IMG/VR virus record: IMGVR_UViG_2799112278_000002
Span: 20,718-84,717 of that record
Direction: 5' to 3' (one strand)
From: a virus
Taxonomy: Duplodnaviria; Caudoviricetes
DNA length: 64,000 nt
Numbering within the stretch: position 1 is the stretch's first letter; every line of letters starts with the position of its first letter. Both the position numbers and the translations under genes were made by a program. The notes beneath the pieces are model-generated. The model made no database searches. It was given only the letters and a program-made list of their open reading frames with translations, and was not told the origin of the DNA. Below, in pieces: positions 10,101 through 18,990 of this stretch.

Positions 10101-11695
10101 AACTGTACTGAATCTACATAGGGATATTTAGCTGCTACTTGATCTGCAGTCATAGAATCAATAGCATTGAACTCTGCTTGAGATATTTCGTATAGCCTTG
10201 CTCCGTCGAAGTAAAAAGTATTGGTGTTTGGTGTAGCTTGTGCAGTATAAAACTGGACCATAGTAGCATCAATAGTTGGATTCAATTTGCGACATATTGT
10301 AGACCAGGAGGAGGATATTTGATGAGCAGCAAATGTAAGTCCCCCGGAATCCGATCCAAATCTTGTGTAGCATACAGTCGCATTAGGGCTTTTCACATTA
10401 GCTAGTAAGACATAATATTTACTAGCTGATATAGCGTAGTTTTTGGCAATCGAAGTATAAGACCCATTTCCAGAGCCAACTAGTTTTTGACTTTTTGTAC
10501 CTATGTATGCGTCAGTATCTAATGCTGTAGTAGACCAATGCGCTGTAGAACCCAAGCCCCACCCATCTGCCATTCCGTTTCCGTCAGTATCTACTTCAAA
10601 ATTCCCATCCTTACCAAGCAAATTGACCAAAGTACGGCCTTTAATCTCTACGCCTAATTCTCCTTGTTCTGCACCAATTTGAGTAGCGGCAAATCCATTA
10701 TAATTCGCTAATTCATCAACTGCATTTTGTACATTTACAGACTTAACAATACTTCCTGGCGCATTGGTAATATTCATTGCGGCATGGGCCGTAGTGCTGT
10801 TTAAGTGGTTATTGGTTACTACGTCAAGTGCAGCTTTAGTGTAGGCATCAGTAATACCATACCCGTCCAGTGTTGTAGGCGTACTGGTTATAGTACTCCA
10901 CGCCTGGTTATGGGCCGCCGGGGTGAAGGAACTCGGCACGTTAGCCAATACTGCCCACGGAAATTTTCCATTTGCATCTAAGCGCAGCACCTTATTAGCA
11001 GCAGCAGATGCAACCACATCCGAAGCATTAAGCTTAGTACCAACAAGATTCAGCATTGTAGACGCGAAATTAGGATCGTCGTTGATAGCATTAGCTAATT
11101 CATTAATGGTGTTCAATGTTTCGGGAGCACTATTCACAAGAGCCGCGACTGCCGCTGCTATATTGGCATCTGTTTGTGGCTTAGTGTAGGCATCGGTTAT
11201 CCCATACCCGGCCAAAGTTGCCGCAAGGCTTGCCTTAGCAGCAAGCAAATTTGTCATCTCAGTTTTTGTGTAAGCGTTCGATATGCCGTACCCTGCCAAT
11301 GTAGTTGGCTTATCCGATACCCCAGTAACAAAACTGTGCGTGCCGGTAGCAATATGTGTTGCTAAGTTAACCTGCACAGCATTCGCTTTGGCCTGAGCTC
11401 CAGTCGGAGTTTCCGCTCCGACCTGAGCAGCCGTCACCATATGCGGATTATCCGTGCGTTCAGTATGATTTGTTAAATTTGCCTGTACAACATTGACTTT
11501 GGCTTGGGCCCCGGACGGGGTTTCTGCACCTACCTGACTTGCAGTAACAGCATGCGGGTTATCCACTCTTGCCGAATGTTCATCTATGTGAGATTTTACA
11601 TTCTCAATTTCATCATTGATTTTTTTGCTACTCCACAAGGAGGTTAAAGTTGTCAAGGCATCGTCAATAAAAGCGGGAAGCTTATTCCAGTTCAT
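7103..11695 (-). CDS. Large tail fibre with carbohydrate-binding-like modules and C-terminal S74 intramolecular chaperone
   Basis: DNPH repeats, four TL.GYGI.DAYTK repeats, TSDRNAK...HAGLIAQEV...LRYEEFIAPLIKAVQEL S74 motifs. Confidence 0.85.
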   Translation of the reverse strand: MNWNKLPAFIDDALTTLTSLWSSKKINDEIENVKSHIDEHSARVDNPHAVTASQVGAETPSGAQAKVNVVQANLTNHTERTDNPHMVTAAQVGAETPTGAQAKANAVQVNLATHIATGTHSFVTGVSDKPTTLAGYGISNAYTKTEMTNLLAAKASLAATLAGYGITDAYTKPQTDANIAAAVAALVNSAPETLNTINELANAINDDPNFASTMLNLVGTKLNASDVVASAAANKVLRLDANGKFPWAVLANVPSSFTPAAHNQAWSTITSTPTTLDGYGITDAYTKAALDVVTNNHLNSTTAHAAMNITNAPGSIVKSVNVQNAVDELANYNGFAATQIGAEQGELGVEIKGRTLVNLLGKDGNFEVDTDGNGMADGWGLGSTAHWSTTALDTDAYIGTKSQKLVGSGNGSYTSIAKNYAISASKYYVLLANVKSPNATVCYTRFGSDSGGLTFAAHQISSSWSTICRKLNPTIDATMVQFYTAQATPNTNTFYFDGARLYEISQAEFNAIDSMTADQVAAKYPYVDSVQFKKDVLVTQIGKNLIPAFNSGEWTLHANAVVNSAYNLTLNATTISQVSRVPVSLKPNTNYVLSGTATGGNSRFVVQTVKADGSSNYFTLVNTYSSLPFTTPTDFVSASVFITNDTTTSGTFTFTNPQLELGSTATAFEPQVKSYAHTPMQIADGESVWLTPNTSVYKEVWKKNVQLPENSSSIAGVDVSYTGAKRVLMHVSTKFITDSEVVVKYDGKPLTHTTQLGNTWNAGDMSRIHTDIELGISVYDIDSGWNSSFTPTIAEIKAYFYGWKMCASDGGTYVSGTKYWKKITDGTGITSTLPTASYSGYTPYVLHYKLATPVYHINYYNNDPTKPIMSAGSVINIPQGVTQIEQRNGVVWREKSNPKLYSSAYYINSSGLGSLLAYRPKLYLACFKNGIVDITWNTHASDTLEYYTAQSNYDTTAIYTVTYEQLDKYLYAVDTFAIDNPVPTRQRNFALDSTEQKIAYFKINPVDLVGATANQHPKTLADYGILDAYTKDIVDAAINTKLNSSNSLANGTVYKYRDVTAYHLSGTTTGTVKIMLPTSWLSTTLVLSIEGWSSAGTNVSHWDATVSGYTQGSGNWILTAATLHPNCPFSSVRFGYDSVAGKCCILLGTATTAWDNIKIVVEAFIGNSNVASYGAGWNISVITDESSITNIVTPTVKTLATIENPVFINTTAINNSSGNPTLNFRRSSIFTANSTLGYLAFYGGNDVSASDVQYAGIYATTTGYTAGAESGALVFLTRSSGAVSSKFVVDSGSARPYTDNSLTLGTSGARWSQIYAVSATINTSDRNAKKDITDLDLGLDFINSLRPVEFKYKVRQNEVASEQCGVETVEIEPERTEIQEVSPAIYETVEVSPAIYSTIEIIPAEYDEEGNLITEAVTETILEKEAVVEQRLVSAVVTEDVMIPAVTEERPVYKEVVIPLPGVRTHAGLIAQEVEEALNGKDVGIFTVDEQGNYGLRYEEFIAPLIKAVQELSAKVERLERQQQKEELSL

Positions 11696-12114
11696 TAACC
11701 AGATTCACCTACCTCTTCATCATCTTCAATTTCATCATTATATCTGAGGTTCCAACAATCTGCCTGCATGATTTTTTCCTTTTTAAACGTGCCGGCCAGG
11801 CTAATCACTTTACTTTTCCAATACGATTTTGCCTCTTCTTTAGTAGCATAATCGCCAGCAGACAACAATATAAGACTATGATCAATGATAAGACTATCAA
11901 AATCATCTGGCCATCCAGTCTCATCTGACTCCTTTAACTTAACAGCATCCGGAATAGGAAAGGTCATCTGTTTATAATAAAGCTTCACCACTTGCCGCAG
12001 TTCGCTAATTGTCTCATTTATTGCATCCATTACTTCATACGCACTATATTTTGCAGCATCCATATCTCTAAGCTTCAATCGTACTTTAATTACTAGTGTT
12101 TTAATTATAGACAT
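11695..12114 (-). CDS. Second head-tail adaptor-like protein
   Basis: Start ATG 12114 (RBS AGGTGG); LVIKVRLKLRD...EVMDAINETI motif; directly after the capsid gene. Confidence 0.6.
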   Translation of the reverse strand: MSIIKTLVIKVRLKLRDMDAAKYSAYEVMDAINETISELRQVVKLYYKQMTFPIPDAVKLKESDETGWPDDFDSLIIDHSLILLSAGDYATKEEAKSYWKSKVISLAGTFKKEKIMQADCWNLRYNDEIEDDEEVGESG

Positions 12115-12172
12115 GTTTTCACCACCTATATAGCAAATAGGCCAGGGCTTTAAACCCTGGCCATTTTCATTA

Positions 12173-13165
12173 CTAGTCAGCTTTGTTACCGGTAAGCACA
12201 TGGATAACTGCAAAGTCTTCAGAATCAAACTTAGATTTTGCAATACCAAAAATAGAGCCAACTTCAAATCCAGTCTTGTTTTTGTAGTCGAATGTTTCTT
12301 CATTCCACTCTTGTTCGCCGCCGACAGCAAAGGCACCGGCCTGAGCACCAAGCAGCATAGCATGTCCTACATTCGCTCCGGAGGCACCAGTCGTAGTTAC
12401 CAGCACGCTCTCATGTGCATAAATAATTACGCCATCATAGATACCCTCAGATCCGGATAGAATGGGGTTGTCTTCGCCGCGGACATTTGCATTTTCTTGC
12501 GCGGCAATCCAAACAGGATCATTACGAAGATCGCGCAGTTGCTCCAATGTAATGAGCATGATATACGCTTTTTTACCATTAACTTTTAATGGCCGAATTT
12601 TAGGAAGTACATGCGTCGTGTTATAAACAACGCGTTTGGATGCTGAACGTTTTGCTTTAGAAATAACAGCTGTGCTGAATTTATCTGCATCAGTAATGGC
12701 ATTCTCAGCCGTTACACTGCCAGCATAAATAGTCCGACGAGCCGAAGGGCTTGCAGCCAATGCAGCAAAAATCATGCTGTCAATCTTTTCGGTATACCAG
12801 TCTTTCAGTGCATCTTTCGCTTCTGCACGTAAATTCTTCGCCGTTCGCTTTTCTTCCATCTTGCCTTTCAGTTTTACTGCATGACGAAGCTGCTTAATCT
12901 GCACAGAGAAGTCATAGTATTGCATAGCTTCTTCATTACCTTCAAGCATATCATCATCTTCTACGCCAGCACCTAAGAGCGGCATGCGCAGGGAAATGGT
13001 GATTTGGTCACCAGCTTCTTTCTTCAATTCTTCCTTAATTTGAATTAAGGAATCAGACGTTTTGCCCATAAAGTTAGCGAAAAAGCTTTCTTTAATTGCT
13101 GCCGTCCAGGTATCTTTTGCCCACGCTTTCTCTCGAAGCGCCGCAGGAATTACAGTTTCAGCCAT
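12173..13165 (-). CDS. Major capsid protein (N4-gp56/DUF4043-like)
   Basis: Start ATG 13165 (RBS GGAGG); ELKKEAGDQITI, GVEDDDMLEGNEEAM, QLRHAV motifs; follows scaffold. Confidence 0.85.
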   Translation of the reverse strand: MAETVIPAALREKAWAKDTWTAAIKESFFANFMGKTSDSLIQIKEELKKEAGDQITISLRMPLLGAGVEDDDMLEGNEEAMQYYDFSVQIKQLRHAVKLKGKMEEKRTAKNLRAEAKDALKDWYTEKIDSMIFAALAASPSARRTIYAGSVTAENAITDADKFSTAVISKAKRSASKRVVYNTTHVLPKIRPLKVNGKKAYIMLITLEQLRDLRNDPVWIAAQENANVRGEDNPILSGSEGIYDGVIIYAHESVLVTTTGASGANVGHAMLLGAQAGAFAVGGEQEWNEETFDYKNKTGFEVGSIFGIAKSKFDSEDFAVIHVLTGNKAD

Positions 13166-13233
13166 ATTAACATCCTCCGTTAAATACAAATTTGGTAATA
13201 AAAAATGCACCACGCGGAGGAATCAAAGATTGG

Positions 13234-14442
13234 TTATCCACCAAGCAGCATATCGCGATACTCGGACGGTATTTTATCCCAATCAGTCTCTTGGAGCATT
13301 CGCTCTAAGTCGGCCACAGACGGACCGGCTTGCAAATTACCACCATTGACTTGATTCACTCTGGGGTGCTTCTCAATTTCATTTAATTTTTGTTCAAGAC
13401 TCATTGCTTGTGGTTGCGCCGGGACCGTAACCGGTGCGGTTGTAGTGGTCGCTGGCGAAGGTGCTGCAGGTGCCGGGGCGGGTGCAGCAGTCGTTTGTTG
13501 AGTCGGTGCAGATTCGGTTGTAGCCGACTCAGTAGCCTTTGCCTTTTGTTCGGCTTCCCACATCAGTTTGGAATTGTTCCAAAGAGTTTGCACAGCCATA
13601 ACATCTGACATCGTACCCGTACCACTGCTTGCCTTTTCAAAGGCTTGTGTAAAGGATTGCTGCAGCGCTGGCGGCATCTTGGCGACTTGATTAACCATGT
13701 AATTCCAAACATCGTTATATTCAGGCTTTGCAGTTTCCCTTGTGGCAAATTCCTGATAGGTATTTACAACTAATTGACGTTCACTTTGCAAACGATTTGC
13801 CTCAGCCATAACATTGCTATGCAACTCGTTAACCAGGATCGATATTTCTGCATTGTCATCTTCATTGCCGTAAATATCAGGTTCTCTGCCGTTTTCTTCT
13901 TTAAATCGTTCTTTTGCAGCTTGGATCAATTGCTTACGATAGTTACTAGATTGTTGCTTTGAATCTTCTGTAACCGGTTGCTGCTGCCCGGGCGTTTGTT
14001 GCCCACTTAAAGGAGTCTGCACCGGCTGTTGTGATGGAAGAACTTGCGGCTGTTGAACTCTCGCAGCTTTTAATTCCTGAAGTTCGGCTTCCAATGCTGC
14101 TAACTTCTTATCGTTTTCCTGGCGCTTACGTCTTTCATCGTGAAGCGCAGCCAATGGGACCATTTTGTCTTTATCATCGCCAGTATCCGTACTCTGCGTG
14201 GTAACGGGAGCAGAGGCCCCGGTGGATTCCGGCGCTTTTACCTCAGGTTGAGTGGTCTGAACATTGGTTTCAGTTAACGTAGTGGCAGCAGGCGCAGCCA
14301 CATTTGACTGTTTGTCTTCAGGTTGTTTGGTTTCCGTTTTTGTTGAAGATTTCAACTCTGCAGCTTCTTGCATAATTTCAAGTGCTATTTCCCTTGAGAT
14401 ACCTTCCAATTCTTCAGGTATTACTACATCATCATTAGGCAT
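13234..14442 (-). CDS. Capsid scaffolding protein
   Basis: Low-complexity acidic N-terminus, VPLAALHDERRKRQE coiled-coil motif, position before the capsid gene. Confidence 0.75.
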   Translation of the reverse strand: MPNDDVVIPEELEGISREIALEIMQEAAELKSSTKTETKQPEDKQSNVAAPAATTLTETNVQTTQPEVKAPESTGASAPVTTQSTDTGDDKDKMVPLAALHDERRKRQENDKKLAALEAELQELKAARVQQPQVLPSQQPVQTPLSGQQTPGQQQPVTEDSKQQSSNYRKQLIQAAKERFKEENGREPDIYGNEDDNAEISILVNELHSNVMAEANRLQSERQLVVNTYQEFATRETAKPEYNDVWNYMVNQVAKMPPALQQSFTQAFEKASSGTGTMSDVMAVQTLWNNSKLMWEAEQKAKATESATTESAPTQQTTAAPAPAPAAPSPATTTTAPVTVPAQPQAMSLEQKLNEIEKHPRVNQVNGGNLQAGPSVADLERMLQETDWDKIPSEYRDMLLGG

Positions 14443-14459
14443 ATTTCAAATCCTCCTTG

Positions 14460-14529
14460 CGCCCATAACGTCGGCGGCACGAAATTCCCGCTTAAAGATA
14501 TTGGCTTAGTCACGGGGTATACTAAGCCA
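14460..14529 (-). promoter_or_regulatory. Hairpins in the scaffold leader
   Basis: 9-bp inverted repeat tggcttagt/actaagcca (14502-14529); CGCC-N9-GGCG stem (14460-14476) next to the RBS. Confidence 0.4.
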
Positions 14530-14577
14530 TGTCGTTGCTGTAACGCCGCTACTATCGCATAATAAAAAGAGACTAAC

Positions 14578-14985
14578 TTATTTGTCAGTCTCTTCAATCG
14601 CCACTTCTTCGTTTGTTTCTGTTTCAACCGCTTCAGCCAGTGAGCAATATCTCACAGCAATAAGGTTAAACTTATCGCACATCTCAATGGTTTTTTCCAC
14701 CTGTCCAAGCAATGGATGATCTACCGCGCTGCCTTTTGCCAGGCGTTCAGTAATGAATGTCAAGGCTGTACCGCAATCGCGGATAGCTTTGAACCGCGAA
14801 GCATCAATATCTGCTAAACATTCGTTTACTTCTTCATTATTTGGCGTTGCTTGCTCCTTCAGTTGATTCTCCAGCTGTATCGGTTCCGGTTGTAGATCCT
14901 GTTTGCCCTCCAGCCTCGGCTTCTCGCTGTTTCCGCGCCGCCGATTCTTTACCGGTGTTTTTTCCTGACCGTTTTGTTTCAACAC
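14578..14985 (-). CDS. Hypothetical protein
   Basis: GTG start with RBS AGGAG; 135 aa. Confidence 0.6.
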   Translation of the reverse strand: MLKQNGQEKTPVKNRRRGNSEKPRLEGKQDLQPEPIQLENQLKEQATPNNEEVNECLADIDASRFKAIRDCGTALTFITERLAKGSAVDHPLLGQVEKTIEMCDKFNLIAVRYCSLAEAVETETNEEVAIEETDK

Positions 14986-15346
14986 TATTCACTCCTTCTT
15001 CACCACTTAACGTAATACTACCGGGACCCATTCCCCCAGTAGGCAGTCCAAAAGGTTCAATCGCCACCATTTGGCGAGGTTCGGCATCTTTATCAATATG
15101 AACGAAGGGCACAAAACATAGTGCCTGTGACAAGGCATAGCTGCCGTCAAAATTACGCTGTTGCGTCTCCGTCTGAACGAGACAACCTCCCGGAAGATTC
15201 ATAACTTTAGTCGTTTTCATAAACCCTTGCTCATCGCTAGATGCTTTTGCCAGCAATGTAAACGGATTTGCAGCACCGTATAGTTGCAAATCTCGAATCA
15301 CTGAACCGGCTTGATTGACCGTAGATGAGTTAAGCACTCTGTCCAA
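14837..15346 (-). CDS. Conserved phage hypothetical protein
   Basis: TTG start with RBS AGGAG; LLAKASS..QGFMKTTK...GCLVQ..TQQRN.DGSY motif seen in phage proteins. Confidence 0.65.
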   Translation of the reverse strand: MDRVLNSSTVNQAGSVIRDLQLYGAANPFTLLAKASSDEQGFMKTTKVMNLPGGCLVQTETQQRNFDGSYALSQALCFVPFVHIDKDAEPRQMVAIEPFGLPTGGMGPGSITLSGEEGVNSVETKRSGKNTGKESAARKQREAEAGGQTGSTTGTDTAGESTEGASNAK

Positions 15347-15363
15347 TTCGAATCACTCCTGCA

Positions 15364-15389
15364 ATAAAAATAACGGCTATTCGCCGTCA
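15364..15389 (-). terminator. Intrinsic terminator after portal
   Basis: GACGGC-GAATA-GCCGTT followed by ATTTTTATT. Confidence 0.6.
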
Positions 15390-15393
15390 ATAC

Positions 15394-17622
15394 TTACATA
15401 CCTATTTGGGCCGCGCTTAGCATTTCCCTGACGGCCGGCTGAGTCATGGTTTGTGGGTTGGGACGCTGCTGCACCTGTTGCGGCACCTGCGGTTGGCTTC
15501 CACCGGCAGCACTACTTACCTGCACGGCAGCATCATGGAACATCTGGATGACTTGCTCAGGGGGTATTCCTTGAATCATTTGCCCGACCTGAGCCTGTAT
15601 TTCTGGCGGCATCTGTCCAAATAACATTTTAATCGCCCCATACAATTCTTGCGGCCCCATCTGGCTTATGGCCATTATCACTTGAGGCGGCAACTGCTGA
15701 AGAACAGGAACAAACGGATTCTGTTGCTGTATAGGTAATTCAATGCCGATCCTAGCAAGCATTTGAGCCTGCGCTTCCGGAGGAATGTCCTTTATGTTGA
15801 TATTCCCAGTTAGCTTAATTGGAGTTTGTTGGCCAGCCTCTTGTTGAGCTTGCTGCCTTTCCATCCAGCGCTTCTTAATTTCTTCCCGATTCGGAATATC
15901 GGACATATCAATCAGCATGTCAAATACCATATCACCAGGTATACCAAGCTTAGATATAGCATCAACAAGCGCCCAGAATTGGCTTTGGCGCTGTGTAGCA
16001 GTGCTTGGCGTATCAGACACAACAATATCAAACTCGCCTACACTCAGGTCATTGAGCGTCTTATGTATGACACCCAATATAGGATCTTCTACTTGGACCC
16101 TTTGATTGATCGTAATGAAATCCTGTTCGCCATTATCCCCCACGATTCTAAACGTTTTCTCATCCGTATAGTACTGTTGCACTAACCCCTTCTTGCCACG
16201 CTTGCCCCACATAATGAACAGTATCTGCTGTTTTGCACGGCGAAGATTATCAAAGAGCGCTCCAATATGAGTAACAGCCTGTCTCTGCCGGAGCTCGATC
16301 GCCTTGCCGCTTGCCGATTGCGAGATATCAGTACCAAGCATTCCTTCATTAATGCCCGATATATCCCGTATATCCTGCACAGCTTCCTGCTCAGCTTGAA
16401 ACAGCCCCACCGGTGGATTCGGAGGATTAATACGCTGCAGCTTAGTCATCATCCCCGGCTTCGTTTCGATCATGACACCAGGCATAGAGCCGAATTTGCG
16501 GACGTTCGATTTTTGTTTAGCATCGAAAACGCCCTCTTCATGAATCCAGCCACTATTAGCCTGAGTACCGAGTATATGTAGGGATTGACTACGGCGCTTA
16601 TTTACTTCTCGCTGTGGGTCCTTAATATCACGAACAACACCGGCCGGAATATCACCCTCACCAAGATAATAAGCAATAAAGGGAACATACGGAAACATGC
16701 CATGCTCATAAGGAGATTCCTTTTCTTCAAGAACATGCTCACCTATAAACACGGTGCAATAAGTCTTTGTAATCGGCAAGCTCACCGGCCGTTTTACCTG
16801 ACCGGAAACAAAATGATCAACCGTGATCTCTTCCTTTTTGAGCAAACTTTCTTTCCCATCGATCACGACTAAGTAGTATTGCTGAGATTCAGTACGCCGC
16901 CCCCAGCGTTCAACCAGCCTCAGTTTATGCGTGTTCTTTTGGTACCATAACGGTTCCAAGCCCACTAATGTAATATCTTCAGCCCGGTCATACTCATTCG
17001 TCGTAAAGTCAATGATATCGGCATGCTGCGGGTATACAGCTTTGAGCTCGTCTTTGTCTGCCCATTTACACCGGAAAAGAAATTTAGCGTCGGAATAATC
17101 CGGCGCCACAGATTCAGGATCTGGATATATATCCATAGGGGAAACACGCTTTATCTTGATATCACCATCAAGCGAAGCATAATCCCAGTCATAACATACC
17201 TCGAACCAGCCACGCCCGCAAATCGAACCATCAAGGAATACGGCCGACTCAACACTGGCATAATCGCACTGGTCCATAATGTACTTGGTGACACCCTTGC
17301 GCACTGAACATAGATCAATGTCATTCTTAGTTCTCGGCAAAAACTCCGGTTCAAACCGGTTCAGCCTTTGATAACCAGAAAGCAAATTGATGAGCGGCTT
17401 TATCCGGTTAATCGTCAGCGTCGGCCTGCCTTGTTCATTAAGGATTTGCCGATCTCGATCATCCCACTGTTTGCCGCAGAAAAACTCAATGTCTTCTCTG
17501 GCCTCAACTCGCCAGTCTCTATCCTTATCGACACTCGCTCTAAATTCGTCGCGGTATCGCATAAATTCCGGGCTATGGTCACTTTCTACTGTATCTTCCA
17601 TAGGAACAGCAAACAAACTCAA
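15394..17622 (-). CDS. Portal protein (P22-like)
   Basis: DRDWRVEAREDIEFFCGKQW...GRPTLTINRIKP motif; 742 aa with Gln/Pro-rich tail; RBS GGAGGTGG. Confidence 0.9.
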   Translation of the reverse strand: MSLFAVPMEDTVESDHSPEFMRYRDEFRASVDKDRDWRVEAREDIEFFCGKQWDDRDRQILNEQGRPTLTINRIKPLINLLSGYQRLNRFEPEFLPRTKNDIDLCSVRKGVTKYIMDQCDYASVESAVFLDGSICGRGWFEVCYDWDYASLDGDIKIKRVSPMDIYPDPESVAPDYSDAKFLFRCKWADKDELKAVYPQHADIIDFTTNEYDRAEDITLVGLEPLWYQKNTHKLRLVERWGRRTESQQYYLVVIDGKESLLKKEEITVDHFVSGQVKRPVSLPITKTYCTVFIGEHVLEEKESPYEHGMFPYVPFIAYYLGEGDIPAGVVRDIKDPQREVNKRRSQSLHILGTQANSGWIHEEGVFDAKQKSNVRKFGSMPGVMIETKPGMMTKLQRINPPNPPVGLFQAEQEAVQDIRDISGINEGMLGTDISQSASGKAIELRQRQAVTHIGALFDNLRRAKQQILFIMWGKRGKKGLVQQYYTDEKTFRIVGDNGEQDFITINQRVQVEDPILGVIHKTLNDLSVGEFDIVVSDTPSTATQRQSQFWALVDAISKLGIPGDMVFDMLIDMSDIPNREEIKKRWMERQQAQQEAGQQTPIKLTGNINIKDIPPEAQAQMLARIGIELPIQQQNPFVPVLQQLPPQVIMAISQMGPQELYGAIKMLFGQMPPEIQAQVGQMIQGIPPEQVIQMFHDAAVQVSSAAGGSQPQVPQQVQQRPNPQTMTQPAVREMLSAAQIGM

Positions 17623-18020
17623 CCACCTCCACCTTTACGATTATTGGACCGCAAATACTCCTGAACCAGTTCAGGATTTACAATGCTATGCTTACTGACC
17701 TCCTGCACTTCGTTATCAGAAGCCGCAGGATCGTACTTGCTTTGTATGAAAAGGTCAAGAAGTGTTTTGTACTTATAGGTGGGATGGTCCGGCAGTTTCC
17801 ATGGTGATGTGAAATGCACCAAGCCATCAGATTGAACGGATGTTTGTGCAGCAGGATCTCCAGCCTGTTGCGCTTTATAGAATCCACGGTAATCGTAATG
17901 ATGGTCTGGGCTATCAGGGTTAGGATCAAGTTGAAAGCCAGTCTTTATCGCAATACCATTGATAGTATCACCGTACCATTTCCTAAAAGCCTGTTCTTCT
18001 TCCGGATTTAACGTTACCAC
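17619..18020 (-). CDS. Hypothetical phage protein (DPNPD..HHYDYRG motif)
   Basis: Open frame overlapping the portal start; start probably GTG 18020. Confidence 0.6.
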   Translation of the reverse strand: MVTLNPEEEQAFRKWYGDTINGIAIKTGFQLDPNPDSPDHHYDYRGFYKAQQAGDPAAQTSVQSDGLVHFTSPWKLPDHPTYKYKTLLDLFIQSKYDPAASDNEVQEVSKHSIVNPELVQEYLRSNNRKGGGG

Positions 18021-18037
18021 CCAGACCACCACCCACA

Positions 18038-18068
18038 AAATAAAATAAACGGCCTATTAGCCGTTTTT
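18038..18068 (-). terminator. Intrinsic terminator after spoVS
   Basis: AAACGGC-TAATAG-GCCGTTT followed by ATTTTATTTT. Confidence 0.6.
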
Positions 18069-18317
18069 AACCGTAAAGCGAATTGCAGACCTTTCTTCGC
18101 CGTCAATTTCCGTGTTAGCAAAACCCGGGATACACACCAAGTCAACTCCTTGCGGCGCTAAAAAACCTCGCGCAATGGCAATTGCTTTGACCGCCTGGTT
18201 TACTGCACCAGCACCGATTCCTTGCACCACTGCCTTTCCTTGCCCACGCACTGCACCAGCAATTGCACCAGCTACTTTACCAGGTACTGAATTAGACGAT
18301 ACTTTAATCAATTCCAT
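18057..18317 (-). CDS. spoVS: Stage V sporulation protein S homolog
   Basis: 86 aa; LIKVSSNSVPGKVAGAIAG...GAGAVNQAVKAIAIARGF...IPGF...IDGEERSAI is the SpoVS signature. Confidence 0.92.
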   Translation of the reverse strand: MELIKVSSNSVPGKVAGAIAGAVRGQGKAVVQGIGAGAVNQAVKAIAIARGFLAPQGVDLVCIPGFANTEIDGEERSAIRFTVKNG

Positions 18318-18373
18318 GTTTGTTTCACTCCTTAATTTGCGTTTAAAATATAAACCATCTTTGACGGTCTATT

Positions 18374-18595
18374 TCATGAAAGAAAACCTATTTTGTTTAA
18401 CAGCTTAGGCTCCAGTACACAAACAACATTTACATTTTTCATTTCAAAGCCGGTTTTGCCCTCACAATCCCTAAGCTCAATGAGGCCATCAATTTTATTA
18501 ATAAACTTGTCATATACCGCTTTAGCCTCTTCATCTTTTACATTGGTAAAATACAGTACATGTCCGCTTATTAAATTAACCTCTAAATCTTTCAT
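18374..18595 (-). CDS. Hypothetical protein
   Basis: 73-aa ORF in operon order. Confidence 0.6.
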   Translation of the reverse strand: MKDLEVNLISGHVLYFTNVKDEEAKAVYDKFINKIDGLIELRDCEGKTGFEMKNVNVVCVLEPKLLNKIGFLS

Positions 18596-18976
18596 TTACC
18601 GACTAGCCGGATGCTGGCACTGCAAATGATAACCTTCTAACTTCCAAATTTGACTGGCAGCATCTTCCCTTGCATATGTCTTGCCAATCGCCATATCGAA
18701 GTTGGCCGGATCAACACAACTGCCGGTACCGACGATTTCAAAACCATTCTTAAGGGTTAACAAGCACACGACTGTTTTCTTCCCCATTTTGATATACTCT
18801 TCAGATACAATGGCCTTGTCGATATCTTCCTGAGTTAAACTTACTTTGCTTGCATTTAAACTTACGGCAGCGGCTGGACCATTTGGCCACGTATGACCGC
18901 AGCTGCCGCAGATATTATTTCCATTAGGCCTTCTTTCGGTAGATACCCTAACACCCTGGCACTTTGGACATTTCAT
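18596..18976 (-). CDS. Zn-ribbon fused to N4 Gp49/Sf6 gp66-family domain (Acb4-like candidate sponge)
   Basis: CPKC...CGSC N-terminus; TVVCLLTLKNGFEIVG.GSCVDPANFD..IGK.YA..A...IWKLEGY motif. Confidence 0.8.
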   Translation of the reverse strand: MKCPKCQGVRVSTERRPNGNNICGSCGHTWPNGPAAAVSLNASKVSLTQEDIDKAIVSEEYIKMGKKTVVCLLTLKNGFEIVGTGSCVDPANFDMAIGKTYAREDAASQIWKLEGYHLQCQHPASR

Positions 18977-18990
18977 AGTAATTCCTCCTG

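Noticed and set aside
7103-11695. DGR or shufflon diversification of the fibre
   Set aside because: No reverse transcriptase, TR/VR pair or invertase in the window
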